Of a stretch of DNA of 64,000 bases, positions 1 through 9,191 are shown piece by piece. The position numbers were made by a program, and so were the translations under genes. The first letter of the stretch is position 1. The number at the start of each line of letters is the position of its first letter. The DNA is taken from IMG/VR virus record IMGVR_UViG_3300027852_000032, positions 64,001-128,000 of that record; one strand, given 5' to 3'. The notes beneath the pieces are model-generated. The model was given only the letters and a program-made list of their open reading frames with translations, was not told the origin of the DNA and ran no database searches. The stretch comes from a virus. Its lineage: Duplodnaviria; Caudoviricetes.

Positions 1-2
1 AG

Positions 3-2060
3 CCTGGTATAAATGTTATCCGGGGTGAGAACGAGAAGGGAAAGTCCAGCGTTTTGTTCGGCATCAGTTATAACTGGTTCGGAGCTGGCTTCCTACCACA
101 GATACTCGAAGAAACCGTAACATGGGGTTTCGGCAAAACTTCGCTGTTTACCGAGACGGTATTTCTTGTAAAAGGCGAGACTTACACTTGCCAAAGATCC
201 TTGAAAGGCGCCGAGCTATACAGGGGTCAGTTCAAGAAAGGCCATACAAATCCGCTTGTAACAGGGCAAAAGGAAGTGTCTGTGGCCATAGCAAATCTTT
301 TCGATCTGCCAAATGTGCAGTCGGCATCCAAGCTTATTATCGCTCCACAGGATAATATCAGAGGGATTATCTCTCTGGGCTCGGTTGCTGCAGCCTCGTT
401 CATTGAGGAGTTGATAGACATGAAGGATGTCGACAACCTGATTAAAGACCTTTCTACTCGGCTGACCCACAGTCACGACGCCAAGAATCAGGCTATTGCT
501 CAACTCGAGGATACAGAGGCGAGAATCCTTGAGCTTCCAAAACTGGAAAGCACGGATGAAGTTGACAATAAATTAAAAGAGATCGCACCCGAACAGGATA
601 AACTGCTTAAGCAGAATGTCGAGGCGCAAGATGCAGATATTGAGGCGGGTTACAGACTTCGTGAATGCCGGTCTGGGCAGGAGCGCAACGAAAAAGCTGT
701 GAATACTGCGGAAAAGGATATCGAAAAGATTGATGGCCGTATTGCCAAACAAAAAGGTGTTCATCTTGTAACCCTGGACGAAATATCGAAAGCGGAGGAT
801 ATGCTCAAAGCTTTAGATATATACACATTTTACGATCAGGAATTATTACCACTGTTAAACAAAATAAGACCCAATGCTGTATGGGAGGGCGATGCTGAAT
901 CCTTTTCTTTGTACAGACAAGAATTAGTTTCCGAGATAGCAAAGCAGCAAAAGCAGATCACAGAAAAGAACGTCGCTGTGACAGCGAAGATACAACAGAT
1001 TATCAAGGATCGTATTTGTCCTGCATGTGAAACCGAACTTCATGATGAGGAAACCGCAGAAAGGATAAACGCTGGAATTAACCAGGAAATAAAAATTCTG
1101 CGGGATGAAGCAACCACGCTGGAAAGCGAGATGGGACTTAACCAGGAAGACCTCCATGTTGCTAACGAAGCTCAGGATTATCAACTGGAGCAAAACCAAT
1201 GGCTTGCAGAGCACAAAGTTGAACTAAACAATATTGATTTAATTGTGGAAAGAAGCACGATTCCTTTCGCGCTTTCTGTAACTAAACCCCCGGAAGAACC
1301 AAAGGGTAACGTAACAGCCGATGATATTGCCTTGCTAATTGAAAAAAACAAGGAACAGCAAAGTGCGATTGCCAGTCTGGAAACTGATAGGAAAATGTTA
1401 GATGATCTAAAGGAAAAGTTGAACAAGCTCAATGCTGATCTCATTCAACTCCAGCAGGGAGAAACTACCCTCATCCTTTCCAAGGAATCTACTGATAGTG
1501 ATTTGCGAAAGCTGAAACAAGAACTTGCCGACATGGGCAGCAAAAAAGAAACCTTGGATAAAACAAGGGAAGCTATTGTTAAGGAGAATGAACTCATTGC
1601 GAAATCACGGGAAACCTTGGATAAAAAACTCGAAGCGCAGAAAACTGTGATAAAAGATATCCAACGCAATTCGGGTCTTATATCCGCTGTCAGGGAAGCA
1701 CGGATAAATATATCAAATCTTCTTTGGCAAAAATTACTCGGCGTAACCGAAACCTATTTCAGTTTATTCAGGGGTAAGCCGTCAAAACTCAGTATCTCAA
1801 AGAAAGGGATCTTGGTCGATAACCACCTTTCCGCTCCTTCGGGCAGCACATTGGATATACTCGGCATAGCATTGAGACTCGCAATAGGTAAATTGTTTGC
1901 TGACAGCAGTTTCTGCGCACTTGATGAACCCAGTGCTGGCTGTGACGTGACCAGAACCGCTGCCCTGGCCGCAGGGTTGATTTCTGCTAACCTTGAGCAG
2001 ACGATTATGGTTACACACAAGGACATGGATGAACAAATCGGGAATCTAATTATTTTATAA
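3..2060 (+). CDS. SbcC/Rad50-like recombination ATPase (full-length type, 5'-truncated by window edge)
   Basis: Frame is open upstream of the ORF-track start: PGINVIRGENEKGKSS (Walker A). Long coiled coil, CPAC zinc hook, PSGS signature, ALDEPS Walker B, MVTH H-loop. Confidence 0.9.
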   Translation, partial: PGINVIRGENEKGKSSVLFGISYNWFGAGFLPQILEETVTWGFGKTSLFTETVFLVKGETYTCQRSLKGAELYRGQFKKGHTNPLVTGQKEVSVAIANLFDLPNVQSASKLIIAPQDNIRGIISLGSVAAASFIEELIDMKDVDNLIKDLSTRLTHSHDAKNQAIAQLEDTEARILELPKLESTDEVDNKLKEIAPEQDKLLKQNVEAQDADIEAGYRLRECRSGQERNEKAVNTAEKDIEKIDGRIAKQKGVHLVTLDEISKAEDMLKALDIYTFYDQELLPLLNKIRPNAVWEGDAESFSLYRQELVSEIAKQQKQITEKNVAVTAKIQQIIKDRICPACETELHDEETAERINAGINQEIKILRDEATTLESEMGLNQEDLHVANEAQDYQLEQNQWLAEHKVELNNIDLIVERSTIPFALSVTKPPEEPKGNVTADDIALLIEKNKEQQSAIASLETDRKMLDDLKEKLNKLNADLIQLQQGETTLILSKESTDSDLRKLKQELADMGSKKETLDKTREAIVKENELIAKSRETLDKKLEAQKTVIKDIQRNSGLISAVREARINISNLLWQKLLGVTETYFSLFRGKPSKLSISKKGILVDNHLSAPSGSTLDILGIALRLAIGKLFADSSFCALDEPSAGCDVTRTAALAAGLISANLEQTIMVTHKDMDEQIGNLIIL

Positions 2061-2082
2061 GAGAAAAAAAGGAGGACATCAA

Positions 2083-2574
2083 TTGGACGAAGAATCTATT
2101 GGGAAAAGGTGTTTGGATTTACTGGGAGAAGATGAGCAAATCTACCAAATGATCGAGGAAGGTGCTGAGTTAACCGCTGCACTCTGTCATCGGAGAAGAG
2201 GCCGATACAATGCGGATCATGTTTATGAAGAAATCGCCGATTGTTTAATTGTGCTTGGTAGCATGGATCAGATCTTCGGTAAAATAAAGGCAAGTTCTAT
2301 TTCTCCTGATCCACCAAATAATATTGATATGATCTCTTTAAATCTGATCATTGTAATTGGGGAACTACAACCTGCTTTGATCCGGTACCTTTCAATGAGA
2401 GATGGGGCTGAAAAAATTAAAAGCTTATTCCATCTCTACAGGCAGTACCTGAATCGTTTTGCAATAGCTACCGATGCTGATGCCGTTGAAAGATGGAAGG
2501 TTATCAAACTTAAAAGAACTCTCAGGAGAACTGAAGCGGGAGAGGCAAGAAAAAAGGAAAAAGAACAGGAATAA
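2083..2574 (+). CDS. MazG-like NTP pyrophosphohydrolase
   Basis: EEGAEL...EEIAD acidic motif of all-alpha NTP-PPases; AGGAGG RBS. Confidence 0.65.
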   Translation: MDEESIGKRCLDLLGEDEQIYQMIEEGAELTAALCHRRRGRYNADHVYEEIADCLIVLGSMDQIFGKIKASSISPDPPNNIDMISLNLIIVIGELQPALIRYLSMRDGAEKIKSLFHLYRQYLNRFAIATDADAVERWKVIKLKRTLRRTEAGEARKKEKEQE

Positions 2575-2623
2575 TTAAAGAATAATTAAAGAATAATTAA
2601 AGAATAATTAAAGAATAATTAAA
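2569..2623. repeat. 11-bp tandem repeat GAATAATTAAA x5
   Basis: Directly visible, overlapping the stop codon of the MazG-like gene. Confidence 0.95.
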
Positions 2624-2627
2624 GAAT

Positions 2628-2667
2628 AAAAAAGCAGTGCCTCGGAAGATCGGGGCACTGCTTTTTT
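2628..2667. terminator. Bidirectional rho-independent terminator
   Basis: AAAAAAGCAGTGCC...GGCACTGCTTTTTT inverted repeat with A/T tracts on both sides, between convergent genes. Confidence 0.85.
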
Positions 2668-2783
2668 AGTTAGTGAATTCGGTGGGTTACAGACCGAAAG
2701 CTCTCAGAGCCCCGTAGCGGGCGTTTAAACAAAAACGAATAGCGGAGTGTGCGTTAATATGCACGAAAAAATAGCTTAAGAAT

Positions 2784-3101
2784 TTAAGTTGTACTTCTCA
2801 ATATTTCGAAATCAATATCGTCTGATTTATCCACATTGTTAGCATCAAACACACACTTTATTTCCATCACGTACAACATGGGTACAATATCCGACATCGT
2901 GGCTGTTATTACGCAACTTGCTTTTCCGGCTGCTCCCTCCGTCTTGTCAAACCCCGCATCCGCAATCTCAAAAATTTTCTCTGTTCTCTTTCGGATAGCC
3001 AAAGTGAAAGTACAAGCGCTGACGTCAATAATGTTGCCAGCAGAATCGGTGTAAGTAAATGTGAGAGTTTTTGCAGCACCCTGTTTCATTGAAACTTTCA
3101 T
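2784..3101 (-). CDS. BppU N-terminal-like Ig-fold virion protein
   Basis: MKQG...FTYTDSAG.IIDVS..TFTL pattern typical of BppU_N-like small phage proteins. Confidence 0.5.
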   Translation of the reverse strand: MKVSMKQGAAKTLTFTYTDSAGNIIDVSACTFTLAIRKRTEKIFEIADAGFDKTEGAAGKASCVITATMSDIVPMLYVMEIKCVFDANNVDKSDDIDFEILRSTT

Positions 3102-3340
3102 ATGATCGTAATCCCCTCTTTTATATCTACTGCGTTAACATCAATATCATGGGCGTCTACAGTTATGTTAATTCCCTGGGCAACCACAGATAAATCGAGT
3201 TGGGAACTGCCAACAACAACAAGATCAAGCCCTATGTTAGAAACAGAGATTTCTATGCCGTGAATCACCTGGGATATCCCCCCCTCATTCACAACCCTTA
3301 CAGGTACTATCCTCCCTTTTGTGACTAAAGCTACACTCAT
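3098..3340 (-). CDS. Hypothetical beta-rich protein
   Basis: 80 aa, Val/Ile-rich, ATGA-coupled to both neighbours. Confidence 0.6.
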   Translation of the reverse strand: MSVALVTKGRIVPVRVVNEGGISQVIHGIEISVSNIGLDLVVVGSSQLDLSVVAQGINITVDAHDIDVNAVDIKEGITII

Positions 3341-4860
3341 GATAATTCAACCTTATATGTTGCCAGCTCTGTGCCAGAATATGTCGATGTCATAGTGTAT
3401 GTGGCTATTACGCCAGTATCGGTTCCTACATTGGCTGCGGAATCATATAAACGAATTCTCGCTGAAATAAGCTGGCTGTTAGCATCGTAAATCATTTGGT
3501 CCATAGATTGATTTTCTTGGACGAGACCTAACGTCTGACCGAATGTCCCGGGCACAGTGCTATTCTCGGTAGCTTCTGACCAAACCAAATGAGCGGTTGT
3601 ATCATTTATCAAGGTCACACCGTCAGGGACACCACCAACCAGCTTCGCCTCCCCGCCTATGTGGACTGTTCCTGCTGTGTTCGATGGACCCACCGTAACA
3701 TTCCCCGCACCATGTTTAATAAAGATTGCTCCGGAATCAGTCATGTTCGCGACCTCCACCGATAGGTTGGAATCAGCCATGCCCACTTTTGCACAGCACT
3801 GCATATCGAAAATTACGTTATCGCTTGTTAACCCGTAACAGGCAAAGAATCTTGCCCATTCCGTTTGGTCACATGAGATGTTCCCCTGCAGTCCGCACTC
3901 TGAAAATACCCCGGCCAGATTTTCCATACCGTTAATAATACACCTGTCAGCGCGGATAGGCTCGGCACAATCCCCTATCAATATCATATTCGAAAAGTCC
4001 GAGTTAACAACATGTTGCCCATTCAAGTCCAAGGTTAAAAGCAAAATGTTATCAGAAACAGCAGTTCCCTCGGAAAAAGATTCCTCGACTATAAAAGTCC
4101 CTCTGCCGTTGAATTTCGTGATCCCTTCTCTCCTCGCGATAGCGAGGGCATCTGTCAGGTTATTCACTGGTGTTCCAGCTGTTCCAATCGGATAATCAGT
4201 TCCAGCCACACCCGTATGGTCACTCACAAAGATGACATCCCAGAGGATAGACGAAATATCGGATATAGTAGCACTGGAAGAACTTGACCTTACGATCTGC
4301 ACATTGGGGGATTGCATGACTGGAGATAGCTCAGAACCAGTGTCATCTACGGCAACCAAGTTTCCCCCTAAAATATTACACTGCACATTGGGGTAGGTCA
4401 TGTAACGATCGCCGTCTGCCCAGTCGTCACGAGTACCGCCGGACAAGGGAAACATCTTCAACTCAGTTTCGGACACCACTTCTGATACACCTGCCATGGA
4501 AACAGAATCCAGATTAAAAACAGTACACCCCTTGTAAATTCCGTCGGTAATAAAGCTTCCGGCAGAGGCAACAAGGGTATCACCTTTTACGTTATCAGCA
4601 GTACAGAGGCCGACGTCCCCTATTGGTACAGTCCTGCCAGAGAACATCAACCTGGCGTTCTGCAGGGTAGCTGTAATTCCTACAGTTACACCGCCACCCA
4701 AATTCTCCTTCCCTGCTGCTGAGATCAGTCTTTCATATGATAAATTATCATCTTCCCAATCGCGGAGGGTATCAACAATTTCTTGTACAGTTGTATTCGT
4801 TGTTGGAGGTAATACCTCAACTACTCTTGGCGATAGGTGCGTGTGGACTTCTATTTTCAT
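3337..4860 (-). CDS. Putative virion structural protein (beta-helix-like central part)
   Basis: 507 aa, acidic, Gly/Thr/Ser-rich, GTAGTPVNNLTDA motif; distal in the structural operon. Confidence 0.55.
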   Translation of the reverse strand: MKIEVHTHLSPRVVEVLPPTTNTTVQEIVDTLRDWEDDNLSYERLISAAGKENLGGGVTVGITATLQNARLMFSGRTVPIGDVGLCTADNVKGDTLVASAGSFITDGIYKGCTVFNLDSVSMAGVSEVVSETELKMFPLSGGTRDDWADGDRYMTYPNVQCNILGGNLVAVDDTGSELSPVMQSPNVQIVRSSSSSATISDISSILWDVIFVSDHTGVAGTDYPIGTAGTPVNNLTDALAIARREGITKFNGRGTFIVEESFSEGTAVSDNILLLTLDLNGQHVVNSDFSNMILIGDCAEPIRADRCIINGMENLAGVFSECGLQGNISCDQTEWARFFACYGLTSDNVIFDMQCCAKVGMADSNLSVEVANMTDSGAIFIKHGAGNVTVGPSNTAGTVHIGGEAKLVGGVPDGVTLINDTTAHLVWSEATENSTVPGTFGQTLGLVQENQSMDQMIYDANSQLISARIRLYDSAANVGTDTGVIATYTMTSTYSGTELATYKVELS

Positions 4861-5002
4861 TTCTGAGTTTATCCTCCAGATCTCTTACAATTTTTTGATA
4901 TTCTCTTTTAGTTTCAAGTTCACCATCAATAGCTTTTTCAAACACTTTGATATTGTCATCACACTTTTTAACCACATTACGCATCGCTTCAAGATCATAC
5001 AT
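4817..5002 (-). CDS. Small coiled-coil hypothetical protein
   Basis: 61 aa with heptad pattern; AAGGA RBS. Confidence 0.55.
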   Translation of the reverse strand: MYDLEAMRNVVKKCDDNIKVFEKAIDGELETKREYQKIVRDLEDKLRNENRSPHAPIAKSS

Positions 5003-5054
5003 ACTTTTTATCCTTTATGATGCGAGGAAATATTTCAATCCTCGCATCGTTGGT

Positions 5055-7559
5055 TTATGATTTAATTGTATCTTCTGTTCTAATTGTCGCAATCGACCTG
5101 TCAGATCCGCTGGTAGCATCATCAGTTGAGAATGGGATAATCGGAGTACTGTTTGCAGAATTTCTGACAACAACCCTGAAATAAATAGGATCAGCGTAAA
5201 CAATAGACGTACTCGCCTCGGTTGCGACTGCGTGCTGGTCAAGAAGGGGAACGAACACATCATCTAATGTGTTAATCGCAATCGGGCAACAATTCAACTC
5301 AATAGAATCTGTCGAAGTCTGTCCTGCAATGGCCGGAGATATCTGAATAGTGTCGTCATCGTCAACACTGGTAACATATGATACCTCTGACAGAGTGTGG
5401 TTGTAAACCAAATCACCTCGTTTAGCACTTGCAAATGCGCCTGATTCTACGATGGTATCCGTGTCTGTTCCCACATCTGCACTGGGCACAACAATGTTCG
5501 CCAAGGTAAATGTAGATGTTGACCATGAGTCATACCGAATCCTATATTCTTTATTGTTATCGGATTCATCCCTGATCCTTAACACACCTCCAGCAGTCTT
5601 TCCAGGAACGTCCTGAGCAATAACTGAATCAACCACCAATGTTGCGTCACCAATAGCCTCGCCACCTGCAGCTGAATACTCAGTCTTGTCAATGCTGCCA
5701 CCTAACCCAGTGAGCCTGAATATCGTAACTCTGTCGTCTGTAGTGGAAGCCTGACCCGCACCTATCAGGTTTGAAACTTCGATTGTGATAGCAGTCGGTC
5801 TGGTCTTTGTCCCACCTTCGATGGGAGTTAACTGGAAGGCATTTTCATCTGCTGCTGACCAATCGGCTAAAAGAACCCCTCTTGCGCCAAAGAATGTCCC
5901 GCCCGCGAAAGTACCAAAAGGAGACTGCTTTTTCGGGGAGAATGTCACAGCAGCGGTATCGGGTGTAACTGTACCGCTGTTGGTATTCTCGGTTATAACG
6001 CCGGTTGTGTTAAATGTTCCTCTAACATTCCTGAGCAACATAACTTTATCAGTGGCGTCGTATGACTGGATAACTCCTGTTGCGCCCGACCCAGCCTGCG
6101 TAACATCCTCGCCCTCTGCAATCGTACCAGTTACCGTTCCTGACCATTCCAAATAAACTTCTCCACCAATGTACTGCTCAGCTTCCAGGCCGTCGGTGTC
6201 AGTGGTTACGGTATTCCCCCTTCGAGTTACATATTTTAACCACTCGTAAACCTCAGTCAAAGGATTCTGGTTACAGTCAATGGTTATGGCGTAATTCTCA
6301 TCTAAACCATCGTCATCGATGTCATAATTGACATGGGTATGGCCACCAGCACCTACGGTCGGGGGCGTATTCGCAGTGAACCATGTGCTCAAAGCTGGAC
6401 CCTGATCAGCAGGAGCGCTTCCGTTCTTTGTCCCTGTTCCGGTATCATCTTCATTTGTCAATGTTTCAGACGCGGTCTGGAAATCAGTCTGGGGGTCATC
6501 GAGCAAATAGTAATGAACGGTCTGTGTTGCCCCAGGGGTATCTATTTTGGTAATGATTGCGCGGGCGCCAGAAGTATCCCCAGATATCTCATTACCAACA
6601 GCCCAATTGCCGGCAGCAGCAGTGAAAGTAATACTCTTATATCCAGTGGTATTATCAAGATCAGGAGCAGTCGCCAGCGGAATTGGATTCCTACCACCAG
6701 ATGTGATAGAATTCGCGGCCTCGTAACTGTCGTATAGAGTACTGCCCTTTCTTGCAAAAATGGATACATACCCACCATCAATTATAGGATTATCGGCTTG
6801 TGTAAAATCCCTAATGTAAAGGCATCTATCAATGTGTCCATCTCCCCACCAATCCTGCGTGTCATTGGCAATCGATACGAGTCTTTCTCTTTCACCATCG
6901 GCTACTGCGCCCCGGTAAATATAGATATGGGTATCTGCTTCGATTGTACCAATGGAATACAGGTTTGCCCATATTTGCTCACCAGAGGTCGCTGCTGCTG
7001 GCTGAGTGGCATTATGAGCATTACAGGTGAGATTCCCAGATGTGCTATTGAAATCATTCGCAAGCTCGTTTGTGTCTGGGCGGATCACCAGGTAATCGAC
7101 TGTACCTCCGTTATCGATTACATCAAGCAATGTCCCTGCGTCACCGTCAGCGTGGGTGATATCGAGTCCAATATCGCCGGTAACTATATTGTTTGTCGCA
7201 TTGATAACAGGGGCAACGACAAGCCCTACAGCACCGGTTCCATCACCGGGAAGGCTTCTCGTCCATCCAGCGGTCTTTAAAGCACCACCTGTCATATGCT
7301 CCATGCTCTCATATGAGATATACCAAGGATTTAGATCCCCTGAGTCAATTGCTCCTACTGTATACTCAACAGGAGTCTGCGCGGACATAGGCACACCGTC
7401 ATCCATCTGTAAAGAATTGTCAAAATGATCCTGCAGTGCCGAGTATAACTCATTCATTGTATTCGTACCAGTAGCTGCCCCTGTCCAAAAAAGCCGCTTC
7501 TGCCTGTTTTCGTCAAGGTAATAAATTGTAAAATTACCGCCCAAAATAGTATCGCTCAT
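5055..7559 (-). CDS. Large acidic putative virion protein
   Basis: 834 aa, Thr/Gly/Asp-rich, strong GAGGAGG RBS; no recognised family. Confidence 0.65.
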   Translation of the reverse strand: MSDTILGGNFTIYYLDENRQKRLFWTGAATGTNTMNELYSALQDHFDNSLQMDDGVPMSAQTPVEYTVGAIDSGDLNPWYISYESMEHMTGGALKTAGWTRSLPGDGTGAVGLVVAPVINATNNIVTGDIGLDITHADGDAGTLLDVIDNGGTVDYLVIRPDTNELANDFNSTSGNLTCNAHNATQPAAATSGEQIWANLYSIGTIEADTHIYIYRGAVADGERERLVSIANDTQDWWGDGHIDRCLYIRDFTQADNPIIDGGYVSIFARKGSTLYDSYEAANSITSGGRNPIPLATAPDLDNTTGYKSITFTAAAGNWAVGNEISGDTSGARAIITKIDTPGATQTVHYYLLDDPQTDFQTASETLTNEDDTGTGTKNGSAPADQGPALSTWFTANTPPTVGAGGHTHVNYDIDDDGLDENYAITIDCNQNPLTEVYEWLKYVTRRGNTVTTDTDGLEAEQYIGGEVYLEWSGTVTGTIAEGEDVTQAGSGATGVIQSYDATDKVMLLRNVRGTFNTTGVITENTNSGTVTPDTAAVTFSPKKQSPFGTFAGGTFFGARGVLLADWSAADENAFQLTPIEGGTKTRPTAITIEVSNLIGAGQASTTDDRVTIFRLTGLGGSIDKTEYSAAGGEAIGDATLVVDSVIAQDVPGKTAGGVLRIRDESDNNKEYRIRYDSWSTSTFTLANIVVPSADVGTDTDTIVESGAFASAKRGDLVYNHTLSEVSYVTSVDDDDTIQISPAIAGQTSTDSIELNCCPIAINTLDDVFVPLLDQHAVATEASTSIVYADPIYFRVVVRNSANSTPIIPFSTDDATSGSDRSIATIRTEDTIKS

Positions 7560-7574
7560 ACCGATCCCCTCCTC

Positions 7575-8489
7575 TTAAAGATTCAAATCTTCTGTTAAAT
7601 TAACAATAATACTCAACCCTTGCGCTGTAATCTCTCCGTTTACAGTAACAGGGATATACCTCAGACCCCCTCCTATAACGCTGGATTTTCTTACTCTTAT
7701 CTCTACATCCAGGTCAGATGTGTGGAGAAAGACCTCTGTTGCCTTGCCAGACGCCACTTGCTCATTCATATACACTACATGGGTAACGGCGTCTCTTATC
7801 TGTACACCCGCAAGGTTAACATTGCAATTGACAGTTAAGTGGCAATATGTACCATCCACATCTTTCACCCTTCCGGTGCAATTACCGCTGCTCACAACTG
7901 TAAAATCATTGCTCCCGCAATCGATATATTGTCCATCCGCCGAGAGCAAGCAATTGTCGAGCTCAAGGTCATATTCGCAAACGAAGTTTATTCCGTCAGT
8001 TGTCGAGAGGATTTCAAGCACATCTGCCTGGGGATCGTCAACAGCTTCGACCTGCAGATAATCGTACAATTCATTAAGCGTATGATTCGAAGTCATTGTT
8101 ATTTTGTCTGTTGTATGGTTTACGCTTATTCCAGTATACGCTGCGACTGTAGCCTTGGTTGCCTCTGTGATATGAGTATTCTCGTCCAGATAGAAAATAC
8201 TTACCAATGCTTCTGTAATATCCTGGCTTATAGAAAAAGCCTGTAACCCGTACTTCAAGCACCGGATGTCATGAGGATTCCTGGCTGTCGTGGTTGTTGT
8301 TGATGTCGCAACTGAATGGGAATTGGCCTCAACCTTTTGTTGGGCTATAGCTCCTTGAGCGTCTGTAGTTTGATTTACTACTGCGGTATCACTCACATTC
8401 AAAGCGTATATCTTTACCCCCACCTCAACACTACCGCCTTCATAGGTAGTCGCGTCCCATGTATATTTTTCTAAAACGATTGCAGCCAT
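7575..8489 (-). CDS. Putative virion protein with Ig/transthyretin-like segments
   Basis: Beta-rich ORF; likely start MAAIVLEK just after the upstream stop. Confidence 0.55.
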   Translation of the reverse strand: MAAIVLEKYTWDATTYEGGSVEVGVKIYALNVSDTAVVNQTTDAQGAIAQQKVEANSHSVATSTTTTTARNPHDIRCLKYGLQAFSISQDITEALVSIFYLDENTHITEATKATVAAYTGISVNHTTDKITMTSNHTLNELYDYLQVEAVDDPQADVLEILSTTDGINFVCEYDLELDNCLLSADGQYIDCGSNDFTVVSSGNCTGRVKDVDGTYCHLTVNCNVNLAGVQIRDAVTHVVYMNEQVASGKATEVFLHTSDLDVEIRVRKSSVIGGGLRYIPVTVNGEITAQGLSIIVNLTEDLNL

Positions 8490-8490
8490 C

Positions 8491-9189
8491 TTAAACCTCA
8501 ATCAAATTGAGTTCACATTCTTTGCATAATTCCCGGTCAAACTTCATTACCTTGGATGGAGCGAAATTTGGGATATCCCATTGCTTCTGCATACCCGTTA
8601 CTGTTGTTTCTTTCCCTAAATGGCGGATGTCTCTTGCTGAATAAGTTTCAGATACACACGAAAACGACCACCTGATCGCCCCGATTAATCCCTCAAGCAA
8701 AGCGAAGGCTTCCGCGCCTTCTGTAGTCAGATGCCATTTATTTGCAGTAATTTGACCGATGCAATACCGTGTGTAGACCATCGCTTTCTTCTGATCCTCT
8801 ACAAAAGCATCAATCAGAGTCCCAAACCCTTCCCTATAACCCATTGTTTTCCACCAATTATAGGTGGTAACTGGCGCCAATTCACACTTATCGCACAAGG
8901 GCTCTTTCAAGATAATGATCCTGCTTTGAACAGGAATGATCTCAGCTTTCTTTGCAGCATCCCCCCACCCATTTCTGCTCGCTAATTCTCCTAAATCACG
9001 GGTAAAATTTCTCCCCACCTTCAGGGTATACCGCAAGTTAGACCCCAGATTATTCCAGTCTTGTCTCCAACCTAAGTCACTATATTTATCAAGAAAAGCT
9101 CTATTTGCAACACCTTTCCCTTTAACAGAACTCATGAAGGGGACAATATTTTTATAATACGCCATCACTACTTCTTCTAATTTTTCCAT
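8491..9189 (-). CDS. Hypothetical protein with two CxxC motifs
   Basis: 232 aa, CDKC and CKEC; more basic than its neighbours. Confidence 0.6.
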   Translation of the reverse strand: MEKLEEVVMAYYKNIVPFMSSVKGKGVANRAFLDKYSDLGWRQDWNNLGSNLRYTLKVGRNFTRDLGELASRNGWGDAAKKAEIIPVQSRIIILKEPLCDKCELAPVTTYNWWKTMGYREGFGTLIDAFVEDQKKAMVYTRYCIGQITANKWHLTTEGAEAFALLEGLIGAIRWSFSCVSETYSARDIRHLGKETTVTGMQKQWDIPNFAPSKVMKFDRELCKECELNLIEV

Positions 9190-9191
9190 AT

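Noticed and set aside
5015-8262. Numerous short overlapping or antisense ORFs in the ORF track
   Set aside because: They are nested in long, tightly packed - strand genes, with no RBS or recognisable motifs.
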